Shown here: piece after piece, positions 1 to 8,089 of the stretch
How the letters are laid out: the number at the start of each line of letters is the position of its first letter
Numbering within the stretch: position 1 is the first letter of the stretch
DNA from: an uncultured bacterium
Lineage (GTDB): Bacteria > Actinomycetota > Acidimicrobiia > Spongiisociales > UBA5794
Assembly: GCA_963801165.1 (NCBI GenBank)
Contig: CAWDDT010000011.1
Location: 288,001 to 352,000 of the forward strand
Direction of reading: 5' to 3'
DNA length: 64,000 nucleotides
Translations under genes and position numbers: made by a program
The notes under the pieces: model-generated
Told to the model about the DNA's origin: nothing
The model's input: the letters and a program-made list of their open reading frames with translations, nothing else
Databases searched by the model: none

Positions 1-123
1 GTCATCGGGTACGTCGGCGATTCGGGCAATGCCCTGGGTGGCGCCACCCACCTACATTTCCAGCTTCACCCGGGAAACGGCAGCCCGGTCAACCCCTACC
101 CAACGCTGGCCGCTGCCTGCTGA
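1..123 (+). CDS. 3' end of an M23-family metallopeptidase (partial, runs off the left edge)
   Basis: Frame 1 reads [40 protein letters not shown], matching the IGxVGxxG...HLHF...VNP C-terminus of Peptidase_M23. Confidence 0.85.
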   Translation, partial: VIGYVGDSGNALGGATHLHFQLHPGNGSPVNPYPTLAAAC

Positions 124-171
124 GGGCACGAATGAACTGTTAGCCTCCAGCCGAGACGTGGAAAGGCCATC

Positions 172-717
172 GTGAATCAGCATCGTCGCCGCATCGACCA
201 GGTCCTCGACCCGGAGTACATCGCCGACCTCGAGAACCTGCCCACCGACGACTTGCGTCTTCGGCGCAGTACCTGTGACGACCTGGACGCCGAGCTGTCC
301 TACTACCGTCGGCTGCTGCATGGGCGTATGGATCTGCTGGCGTTCGAAGTGCGTCGCCGTCGTGGCGAAGAGACCAGAAGTCTGATCGACGCCCTCCCCG
401 ACATACTCGCCGACGCTTCTCAGAGCGACTCGCCGCACTTCGCGATGCCGAAGAGCCTGCCCGTCGAACCGCCCGACATCCCGATGGAGGGGCGGCGCCC
501 CATCGATCGGATACTCGAGGACGACTTCCTCACCCACCTGCCCGACATCGATGACGAAGAACTAGAGCAGATCCAGGTGACGCTCACGCGGACCGAGCAA
601 CTGGTGTCGGAACAGCGTCACAACGTCTACCAGGTGCTCGAGACTCTGACGGGTGAGGTCGCCCGCCGCTATCGCGACGGCATCGTATCGGTCACCCAGA
701 TTCTCGAGCAGGAGTGA
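172..717 (+). CDS. RsiG/AmfC-family protein (c-di-GMP-binding anti-sigma factor homolog)
   Basis: RRRIDQVL, ELSYYRRLLHGRMDLL and EQLVSEQR...EVARRYRDG follow the AmfC/RsiG pattern; two E/D-x3-S-x2-R helices. Confidence 0.8.
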   Translation: MNQHRRRIDQVLDPEYIADLENLPTDDLRLRRSTCDDLDAELSYYRRLLHGRMDLLAFEVRRRRGEETRSLIDALPDILADASQSDSPHFAMPKSLPVEPPDIPMEGRRPIDRILEDDFLTHLPDIDDEELEQIQVTLTRTEQLVSEQRHNVYQVLETLTGEVARRYRDGIVSVTQILEQE

Positions 718-1655
718 GCGCTCCCATACGCCTCGCCACTGTGCGGTCGGGGCAGATCGAGTCCACCCACGACGTATCGGTCGTCATCACCGATACCACG
801 GGGAGAGTCACCGGACTTTGGGGTGACGACCACGAGTTCTTCTACCGGTCGGCGATCAAGCCGTTTCAAGCGACGGTGAGCCTGGAGGCCGGCGCCCGGC
901 TGTCCCCTGAGAACACCGCCATCGCCTGCTCCAGCCACGGCGGTTTCCCGATCCACCTTGCCCTCGTCGAAGCCAACCTGGCTGCAGCCGGCCTCACCAC
1001 CGCCGCCCTCCGTTGCCCACCGGCATGGCCCCGCGACGAAGCTGCCAAGGAGCTGGCCATGATTCGGGGACACCACCAACCGACCACGCTGTTCAACAAC
1101 TGCTCGGGAAAACACAGTGGCTGGCTCGCCGCATGTATAGCCCAGGGATGGCCGACCGAGACCTACCTGGATCCGGCGCATCCGATCCAGCAGCGCGTGA
1201 TGGCGCTCGTAGAAGAGATGGCGGAAATCCCCGTACGGCCGGTCGGTATCGACGGGTGCGGAGCTCCGACTCTCCGGGGACGACTCACCGGACTCGCCCG
1301 GGCGTTCGCCCGTCTCAGCGTCGAGCCCCGGCTCTCTGCTGCCGCCACCGCCATGTGGCGATTCCCTGCATTGCTGTCGAGCAATAATCTCAACGAGGGT
1401 CGGTTTGCCGCGTGGTGGGGAGGTCCCGTCAAAGGCGGCGCCGAGGGGCTGATCGCCGCGGGACGCAACGGCATCGGCGTCGCCGCCAAGAGTCACGACG
1501 GTCATGTAGACATCGCACTTGCTGCCATGATGGAGGCAATCGATCGGGTCGGGCTCCTTTCCGATGCGGCCCGTCACGCGCTCAGCGACGTCGCCAGGCC
1601 CCCGGTTCTGGGAGGCGGCCGCCGGGTAGGGGCAATCGAGCCGATCGCCGGGTGA
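714..1655 (+). CDS. L-asparaginase II family protein (Rhizobium AnsA type)
   Basis: Motifs VRSG..ES.H, RSAIKPFQA, ACSSHGG, NNCSGKHSG, GIDGCGAP, KGGAEG; GTGA overlap with the upstream gene. Confidence 0.9.
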   Translation: MSAPIRLATVRSGQIESTHDVSVVITDTTGRVTGLWGDDHEFFYRSAIKPFQATVSLEAGARLSPENTAIACSSHGGFPIHLALVEANLAAAGLTTAALRCPPAWPRDEAAKELAMIRGHHQPTTLFNNCSGKHSGWLAACIAQGWPTETYLDPAHPIQQRVMALVEEMAEIPVRPVGIDGCGAPTLRGRLTGLARAFARLSVEPRLSAAATAMWRFPALLSSNNLNEGRFAAWWGGPVKGGAEGLIAAGRNGIGVAAKSHDGHVDIALAAMMEAIDRVGLLSDAARHALSDVARPPVLGGGRRVGAIEPIAG

Positions 1656-1665
1656 AACGAGGCTC

Positions 1666-2577
1666 ATGGCTGACAACTGGCTCGCGGACGGTTTCAACTT
1701 GCCTGCCGTCGCGGCGCGGGTGGGGCCGTTTCCCGGACGCGACTGGCTGCAGACCTGGTGGAAGCATCGTGGCGATGGTGAGCTGCTCATCGAAGAGACC
1801 GGCGACAGCCTCCTGACGCTCGTCAGACGAGATCGTCGCATAGAGTTCGCAGGCGAGCCCGACCTCACCGACTACCACTCGCCGCTCGGGTCCCCCGACG
1901 TTCCCGCGCTCCGCCGCCTGGTCCGTGATCTTCCCGGGCAAACCGAGCTGGTGCTCGACAGCCTCCCCGCCGAGGCGACCGACGGCATCATCGCCGTGCT
2001 GCGGGAGAGTGGGCTGCAGCCGACGGTTGAGCAACACCAGGTAGCCGCCGTTCTATCTCTCCCGGGGACGTTCGACGACTATCTAGCGGCCATCGGTAAG
2101 AAGGAAAGGCACGAGCTGCGCCGCAAGCGCCGCCGGTTCGACAGCGAGGTCGGCCCGGGGCGGGTAGAACGGCGCACCGGCATCGCCGCGGTTGCCTTGT
2201 TCGCCGACCTACACCGGCGCTCGTCCGGCGACAAGGGCGAGTTCATGACCGACGAGATAGAGGAATTCTTCCTCGCATTGCACACACATGCCGCAGCAGT
2301 CATCGACGTGCTCGTGGACGGATCGGGCAGACCCGCGTCGGCGATCTTCTCCTTCGAAGACGGCGACGGTTTCTACCTCTACAACAGCGCCTTCGAGCCC
2401 GATCTGATGAGCCTGTCCCCTGGCAACGTGATGCTGGCCCACCTCATCGAGCGCTCGATCAGCGAGGGCAAGAAGGTCTTCGACTTCCTCAAGGGCGACG
2501 AGACGTACAAATTTCGGCTCGGTGCCGAGGCGCGCCCGCTGTACCGGATCACCGCAACGGTAGGACCCCGCGCATGA
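1666..2577 (+). CDS. GNAT acetyltransferase, CelD/BcsL-like (Acetyltransf_6)
   Basis: TDYHSPL, LPGTFDDYL...KKERHELRRKRRR, YLYNSAF...LSPG, FDFLKGDETYKFRLGA. Confidence 0.85.
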   Translation: MADNWLADGFNLPAVAARVGPFPGRDWLQTWWKHRGDGELLIEETGDSLLTLVRRDRRIEFAGEPDLTDYHSPLGSPDVPALRRLVRDLPGQTELVLDSLPAEATDGIIAVLRESGLQPTVEQHQVAAVLSLPGTFDDYLAAIGKKERHELRRKRRRFDSEVGPGRVERRTGIAAVALFADLHRRSSGDKGEFMTDEIEEFFLALHTHAAAVIDVLVDGSGRPASAIFSFEDGDGFYLYNSAFEPDLMSLSPGNVMLAHLIERSISEGKKVFDFLKGDETYKFRLGAEARPLYRITATVGPRA

Positions 2578-3818
2578 TCGAGAGGATTGCCTTCCTGTCC
2601 CTACACAGCTGCCCCCTGCAGCAGCCGGGACAGGGCGACGCAGGCGGCATGAACGTCTATCTGCGAGACCTCGGAATCGCCATGGCGGGCGCCGGTGTCG
2701 ACGTAGTCGCCTTTACCAGGCGCAGCGACACGCCCACCCCCGAAGTCGTTGACGTTGTTCCGGGGTTCCGGGTCGTTCACATCGAGGCCGGGCCTGCCGA
2801 ACCGATGCCGATCCGGGACATGTACCGCCTGGTCGGTGAGTTCGCAGACGAGACGCTCGCCTGGATCGACCAGACGGGCGAGAAGTACGACGTCATTCAC
2901 AGCCATTATTGGCTGTCGGGATGGGCAGGCGTACTCCTCAAGGAGAAGCTGGGCCTCCCCCTGGCCAACTCGTTCCACACCCTGGGACGGGTCAAAGATC
3001 TCACCCGGCGGGCCGACCAGCAAGCCTCGGAGGTCATCCGCACGATGACCGAAGAGGAGGTGATCGCCCGGTCCGATTGCGTCGTTGCCTCGACCCCCTT
3101 CGAGCTCAATGATCTGATCGAGCACTACGGTGCCGACCCGACGCGGTTGTGTATCTCCCCACCCGGGATCCGGCACGACATGTTCATGCCGGGGGACAAG
3201 GAGGCGGCACGCATGTGGACCGGGCTCGACCGTGGTCCCACGATGATGTATGCGGGCCGGATCCAACCCCTGAAAGGCGTCGACATTGCGATCCGGGCGC
3301 TGGCATTGATGACTGTCGACAACACCCAATTCGTAGTGGTTGGTGGGCCGTCCGGGAGCGACGGACAGGCGGAGATGGAGCGGCTGGTCGCCCTTGCGGA
3401 GGATCTCGAGGTCCCCGACCGGATCCACTTCATTCCGCCACTGCCACGCCATCAACTCGTGGACTTCTACCAGGCCGCAGATGTTGTCATCATGCCGTCG
3501 CGATCCGAGACCTTTGGGCTCGTCGCCGCCGAAGCCCAATCCTGCGGGACACCCGTCGTGGCCGCAAACGTCGGCGGGCTGCCCTTCATCGTCGAAGACG
3601 GAAGATCCGGTTTGCTCGTATCCGGCCACAATCCGGCCGACTATGCGAAGGCCCTGGACCGTGTCGTTGGCGACCCTGAGTTCGCCGCCGAGCTGTCGGC
3701 AGGTGCCGTCGAGCACTCCCAGCGCTTCTCCTGGGACACCACCGTCGAGCGTCTCCTCGAGCTCTACGAAGGCATCGCCGCCAACCCGCGCGGGGCCGCG
3801 TCGCAGCCCGGGAAATGA
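2574..3818 (+). CDS. mshA: D-inositol-3-phosphate glycosyltransferase (mycothiol biosynthesis, GT4)
   Basis: HSCPLQQPGQGDAGGMNVY, HSHYWLSG, FHTLGRVK, GRIQPLKG, GGPSG, ETFGLVAAEAQSCGTPVVA are MshA signatures. Confidence 0.88.
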   Translation: MIERIAFLSLHSCPLQQPGQGDAGGMNVYLRDLGIAMAGAGVDVVAFTRRSDTPTPEVVDVVPGFRVVHIEAGPAEPMPIRDMYRLVGEFADETLAWIDQTGEKYDVIHSHYWLSGWAGVLLKEKLGLPLANSFHTLGRVKDLTRRADQQASEVIRTMTEEEVIARSDCVVASTPFELNDLIEHYGADPTRLCISPPGIRHDMFMPGDKEAARMWTGLDRGPTMMYAGRIQPLKGVDIAIRALALMTVDNTQFVVVGGPSGSDGQAEMERLVALAEDLEVPDRIHFIPPLPRHQLVDFYQAADVVIMPSRSETFGLVAAEAQSCGTPVVAANVGGLPFIVEDGRSGLLVSGHNPADYAKALDRVVGDPEFAAELSAGAVEHSQRFSWDTTVERLLELYEGIAANPRGAASQPGK

Positions 3819-3889
3819 CCCGCCGGACCCGAACGCAGCGGGCGCGGTAAATCGGTGCGAATGGGTCGCGAAAAGAAGTCGTCCCAACT

Positions 3890-3943
3890 TGTGAACACCC
3901 GTTGTGCACAACACCCTGTGGATAGCTGTGGATATGTGGACAG
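3890..3943. promoter_or_regulatory. Cluster of five DnaA-box-like 9-mers
   Basis: TGTGAACAC (3890), TGTGCACAA (3903), TGTGGATAG (3917), TGTGGATAT (3927), TGTGGACAG (3935); each is 1-2 mismatches from TGTGGATAA/TGTGGACAA. Confidence 0.6.
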
Positions 3944-3994
3944 GTCGTCACATTGGCGTCATTTGAGCCCAAATAACGATCAGTTGCCCTCAAT

Positions 3995-4235
3995 AACGCG
4001 AGCCGATTGGTCGTAAACGACAGACTTGAAAACCTCGCTCAGCCGCTTTAGGTTCGAGGTTGCAAAGCCCAAGGTGCTCTGGCATACCGACCTCGTCCGG
4101 GGAAGTGCGGGGGTAAGTCTCGCCGGGGTTCCTTGGGCTCTTGCACATCCCTCTCCCTGAACCTGCGCTCTCCCCGAACCTGCGTACCTCCGCTGCCTTC
4201 TTGCCCGCTGGCCTGATGGCCGCCGATGTATGCAC
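3995..4235 (+). ncRNA. Candidate structured non-coding RNA (long irregular hairpin); boundaries approximate
   Basis: 4061-4074 TGCAAAGCCCAAGG pairs with 4131-4145 CCTTGGGCTCTTGCA. Inner stems need G-U pairs on the + strand. AGGTTCG (4050-4056) pairs with CGAACCT (4175-4181). No credible ORF between convergent genes. Confidence 0.3.
4151..4184 (+). repeat. 17-bp tandem duplication CTCTCCC(T/C)GAACCTGCG x2
   Basis: 4151-4167 and 4168-4184 differ at one base. Confidence 0.85.
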
Positions 4236-4254
4236 GAGGCGGAGATCGACCCGG

Positions 4255-5160
4255 TCAGACGCCGAAAATCAGCTCGCGCAGTCGCACCCTCGTCGTCTCG
4301 TAGGTGTCCAGGTTGATCCGCATCGAGCCGAGCCGGAGACCACGCATCTGGTCGCCGTACCGCGTTGCCACCCGGACAACACCGTCGTCGTGCTCGAGGG
4401 CACCCAGGCCGAGACAGGCCCCATGGTCATTCTGTACACCCACCAGCATCCCCTCGAGACGGGAGAGGTCGAAGGCCTCCGGGAGCGTGGGGGCAAACAC
4501 AGAGGAATGAACCCGCCATCTGTGCAGGTCGGGCTCGAAGGCATCACGGAATGCGGCAATGAGCCGGTTGCGCTGGTCGAGCGGTCCCACCAGCTCCAAC
4601 CCGGGGGGTGGCTCGGACTTTGCCACCCGGGCGCCCAGGAAACGGCGCAACATGCCGATACCGGGCTCCAGCTCCTCCCCGCGCTGGATGGCGATGATCA
4701 ATGTCGGGTTACACAGCTCGGTGACGTGATACGTGAGCGTCTGACCGACAACGCCCGAGACGATACTGCTGGTGTCCAGAACGATGAAGTCCGCCCCCTG
4801 CCGGGCCTCCTCGATCAGCTTGGTGGTCGCAACGACATGCGGAAGGACAACACCCTGTGGCTGCGTCGACCCGACGAAGCGCATGGAGTCCGGTTGCGAC
4901 AGATCAGCGAGATCGGTGTCCGAGCGTACCCAGCGCAGCCCGACGCAGGCGGGAGCGCCGACGGAAGGGACGGCGACGTCGGCATCGACAAATGCCACCG
5001 ACCTTCCCGCGTGAAGAGCGTCGCGTAGAAGCAGCCTCGCCATAGTGGTCTTGCCGGTGTTGGCCGTCCCCATGACCATCACGACGCCACGCTCGCCGAT
5101 GACCCGCTCCCGCAAGGAGGCGTACGGCTCCGACTGATCCATGCTCCTCCTGTCTGTCAT
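4255..5160 (-). CDS. Clp1/Nol9/Grc3-family polynucleotide 5'-kinase-like P-loop protein
   Basis: Walker A GTANTGKTT; FVDADVAVPSVGAPACVGL (Clp1 DxDxGQ...P..L region); FVGSTQP; VLDTSSIVSG; C-terminal GMLVGV...CLGLG. Confidence 0.78.
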   Translation of the reverse strand: MTDRRSMDQSEPYASLRERVIGERGVVMVMGTANTGKTTMARLLLRDALHAGRSVAFVDADVAVPSVGAPACVGLRWVRSDTDLADLSQPDSMRFVGSTQPQGVVLPHVVATTKLIEEARQGADFIVLDTSSIVSGVVGQTLTYHVTELCNPTLIIAIQRGEELEPGIGMLRRFLGARVAKSEPPPGLELVGPLDQRNRLIAAFRDAFEPDLHRWRVHSSVFAPTLPEAFDLSRLEGMLVGVQNDHGACLGLGALEHDDGVVRVATRYGDQMRGLRLGSMRINLDTYETTRVRLRELIFGV

Positions 5161-5216
5161 GTACCAGGGTGATTCTATGCCGGGGAGCCACGTGTCTCGT
5201 TCCCAACGGACCGATA

Positions 5217-6374
5217 TCAGCCATCGCGAGGCCGCCGCAGCCGCCGAAAGGGAGAGCCAACGAGCTGCGGGCGTGCGGCAGCGGACCGGGGCTTGAAGCC
5301 AAAACGACGTAAACGAGGTTCGAGCCGACTCGGCGCCGACCGATCAGAGCTCCAGGGTGCGTATGGGGCGACCGTCACCTCGGCGAGCGCCAGGAGAGCG
5401 GTGTCGTAGTTCACCCGCCATCCGGCGAAATCGCGCCATGCCTGATCCTGGTCTGCCTTGAGCTCGAGACCCGCCTCCTTCATCTGATCCCAGGCAGAGT
5501 CGAACTCGTCCCGGCTGATCGAAATCGGATCATCGGGCTCGGGGTCCCGGTCGAAGACGATGCCGAAGAAGTCCGCCAGCTGCCGCAGCGTCAGAAAGCC
5601 GGACCGGATGCAGACACGGGCCGGACCTGCCGGAATCCTCTCGATACACGAGACGTAGAGCGCTGCCGCATCGAGCACCGTGCCGGACGCCGTCACCCAG
5701 GACCGCTGCGGTTGCGGCGAGCGGAAGAACGCCAGGATGGGGAAGGTGGTGTGTGACTCCTCGATCTCGGCGAACCATCGCTCCCAGTCGAGCCAGGTCT
5801 CCTCGGCGCTGGCCACCCAACCGATGCGGTAATAGCGGATGAGCATCTCGACCGCGGAAGGGGGGTTACCGGCGCGCACCTCGAGCAACGCCACCTGGGT
5901 CTCCCTCCGGGCAAACGTCGAGTAGATCGAGGGAAGATATGTGATCATGAGCGTGATCAGGATCAGCCCCCAACCGGCCTCGGTGAAGGCAAGCATTCGC
6001 TCCGCCGTCGTGGTTGCCACCACAAAGCCCAGGGTGGTCAACGAGGAGCCGCTGAGAGCGATTGCGTTGGCCAGCGAGCCCGTGTCGAGCGCCCAGAACA
6101 TGAACGAGTAGGCCGACCCGATGAGAAACAGCCAGACGATCGGGAGCGCCAGGAGCGTCGTCGGACCGTACAACGCAAGCACCCGGTCCCGTCTGGCGAA
6201 CGGCTGAGACGGACCGGCCGGGATCAGGAAGAGACGACGCATCGCCCGGTAGACCCAGCGGCTGATCGCCACCTGGGCACTACGAGGCAGCACCGTTGTC
6301 CGCAGTGCCGACATCACCGTCCACAGGGCAACGATGACCCCGACGAGAAACACAACAACACGAAGCGCAATCAC
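5217..6374 (-). CDS. Membrane protein with a K+-channel-like pore segment and a conserved soluble C-terminus
   Basis: Three TM helices, SGSSLTTLGF pore-like motif, LMITYLPSIYSTFARRE, ESHTTFPILAFFRSPQPQRSW. GTG at 6374 chosen over the ORF-track start at 6515. Confidence 0.75.
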   Translation of the reverse strand: MIALRVVVFLVGVIVALWTVMSALRTTVLPRSAQVAISRWVYRAMRRLFLIPAGPSQPFARRDRVLALYGPTTLLALPIVWLFLIGSAYSFMFWALDTGSLANAIALSGSSLTTLGFVVATTTAERMLAFTEAGWGLILITLMITYLPSIYSTFARRETQVALLEVRAGNPPSAVEMLIRYYRIGWVASAEETWLDWERWFAEIEESHTTFPILAFFRSPQPQRSWVTASGTVLDAAALYVSCIERIPAGPARVCIRSGFLTLRQLADFFGIVFDRDPEPDDPISISRDEFDSAWDQMKEAGLELKADQDQAWRDFAGWRVNYDTALLALAEVTVAPYAPWSSDRSAPSRLEPRLRRFGFKPRSAAARPQLVGSPFRRLRRPRDG

Positions 6375-6515
6375 GGCAACACCGTACCCGCACCGAAACG
6401 TGATGACGTCGCAATCAGGTCGCGGCCGTAGCGACCGCGGCGAGCCAGCCACCTCACAACTCATCCACCGGGCGTAGCAGAACCATCTCAAACGAAATGC
6501 CGGCGCCGCCGGCAT

Positions 6516-7020
6516 CTGGTCCGGGAGGGGGACAAACCAACGGCGACCACCGCTCGTACTTCCCCCCTCGGACGGCCCGGGAGGCCGTCCGATCCCCCCG
6601 AAATGGGGGGATCACTGCTCTCCTCCAATCGCCGCTGGTACACCCGATCGGCGGTCACGCCAGTAGTAGCCCTCCCCTTGCGGGAGGGCGGGGCCAGACC
6701 CGACCACAGGGAGGAACTGGTCCGGGAGGGGGACACAACCAACGGCGGGCGCTGCTTGTCCTTCCCCCCTCGGACGGCCCGGGAGGGCCGTCCGATCCCC
6801 CCGAAATGGGGGGATCACTGCTCTCCTCCAATCGCCGCTGGTACACCCGATCGGCGGTCACGCCAGTAGTAGCCCTCCCCTTGCGGGAGGGCGGGGCCAG
6901 ACCCGACCGCAGGGAGGGACTGGTGCGGGAGGGGGACAAACCAACGGCGACCACCGCTCGTACTTCCCCCCTCGGACGGCCCGGGAGGCCGTCCGATCCC
7001 CCCGAAATGGGGGGATCACT
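6516..7020. repeat. Tandem array of ~202-bp multi-palindromic units (2.5 copies; REP/BIME- or MITE-like)
   Basis: Units start at 6516, 6717 and 6920. All three contain hairpins TCGGACGGCC..GGCCGTCCGA and GATCCCCCCGAAATGGGGGGATC; the two complete units also contain CCCTCCCCTTGCGGGAGGG. Confidence 0.92.
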
Positions 7021-7116
7021 ACTTGCTCCCCGCTCATAGAAGACGTGAAACGATCAACACGGCGCCATCGCTTGATGGCACGACTGAGAAACCGGCGCAC
7101 CCGGGTCAAACGGCTC

Positions 7117-7147
7117 TTGACCCTCACGTCGCGTAAGGCTCTACGGT
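7117..7147 (+). promoter_or_regulatory. MerR-family (TipA/Mta-type) promoter-operator
   Basis: TTGACC (7117) - 19-bp spacer - TACGGT (7142), with the imperfect dyad CCTCACG-TCG-CGTAAGG across the spacer; the long spacer plus dyad is the MerR hallmark. Confidence 0.65.
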
Positions 7148-7177
7148 CGCTACGACAGATGTCAAAAGAAAGGCGAG

Positions 7178-8074
7178 ATGATGAGCTTCCCCGAGTCGAC
7201 AGGACCCGTGTGCCTTCGAGACACCGACGCATACCGGCTCGTGTCACACCATGTCGGTGCCGAGCTCGAGATCCGGGTTGCCCGACCAGTTCCCGGCGCG
7301 GCGGGCCCGCTGCCCGAGGTGTATTCCATCCTGTACATCACCGACGGGGACCTCTTCTTCGGCATGGCTACCGAGATATCCCGCCTCCGCTACCAACTGT
7401 TCGGTGAGCTTCCGCCACTACTCGTTGTCGGTATCGGCTACGGGACCAACGATGCACGAGTTCAAGGCGAGACGCGCAACCGCGATCTGACCCCGACCGT
7501 CGACCCCGGCTTCTTCGAGATGGGACGGCGAATAGACCCGGCGTGGGAGCCGCTGCTCGAAGAGGGGCAGCAGATGGGCAGAGCCGACGAGTTCCTCGCA
7601 TTCATCGAGACTGAGCTCCGGCCGCTTCTGGCCAGCCGCTACCCGACCGCCGACGACGGGTCCGTTCTCTTCGGTTCGTCGCTCGGGGGCCTCTTCACCA
7701 CCTACGCCCTGCTCGCCAGGCCCGAGCTATTCGATCACTATGTGATCGTGAGCCCCGCCCTGTGGTGGGACCACGAAGCTGTCTTCCGGATCGAATCGGA
7801 GACAGCGGCCGTGCCGGAGGGTCGCGCAAAGCATGTGTACCTCGCGGTCGGGGAACACGAGGAGTCGGCAGCGATTCCGGGTCTGGCCGAATGGAGGCTC
7901 GTCACCAACACCCGGCGCATGGCAGGCTTGCTGGAGAGTCGCAACCCGGCATCCGAGGTCACCTGCGAGGTACTGCCGGGCGAGACGCACACATCGGCAG
8001 TAGCAGTTGGCTTGACCCGCGGCCTCGGAAGTGTCCTCGCCGGCGCCGGGATTGGGGTAGGGCCACGCTTCTAA
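7178..8074 (+). CDS. Alpha/beta hydrolase, IroE/BesA-like esterase
   Basis: LYITDGD, VVGIGY, RNRDLTP, ADEFLAFIETELRP, GSSLGGLF nucleophile elbow, SPALWW, GETHTS. Confidence 0.85.
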   Translation: MMSFPESTGPVCLRDTDAYRLVSHHVGAELEIRVARPVPGAAGPLPEVYSILYITDGDLFFGMATEISRLRYQLFGELPPLLVVGIGYGTNDARVQGETRNRDLTPTVDPGFFEMGRRIDPAWEPLLEEGQQMGRADEFLAFIETELRPLLASRYPTADDGSVLFGSSLGGLFTTYALLARPELFDHYVIVSPALWWDHEAVFRIESETAAVPEGRAKHVYLAVGEHEESAAIPGLAEWRLVTNTRRMAGLLESRNPASEVTCEVLPGETHTSAVAVGLTRGLGSVLAGAGIGVGPRF

Positions 8075-8089
8075 CGAGAGGCGACGAGC

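Noticed and set aside
4000-4235. SRP RNA, c-di-GMP-I riboswitch or tRNA
   Set aside because: Only short resemblances (GCAAAGCC, GTCCGGGGAAG); the conserved cores and a cloverleaf are absent, and there is no downstream gene on + for a riboswitch.
6516-7020. CRISPR array or coding ORFs in the repeat region
   Set aside because: The constant part is about 180 bp, the variable segment recurs, no cas genes are present, and the ORFs only mirror the repeat.
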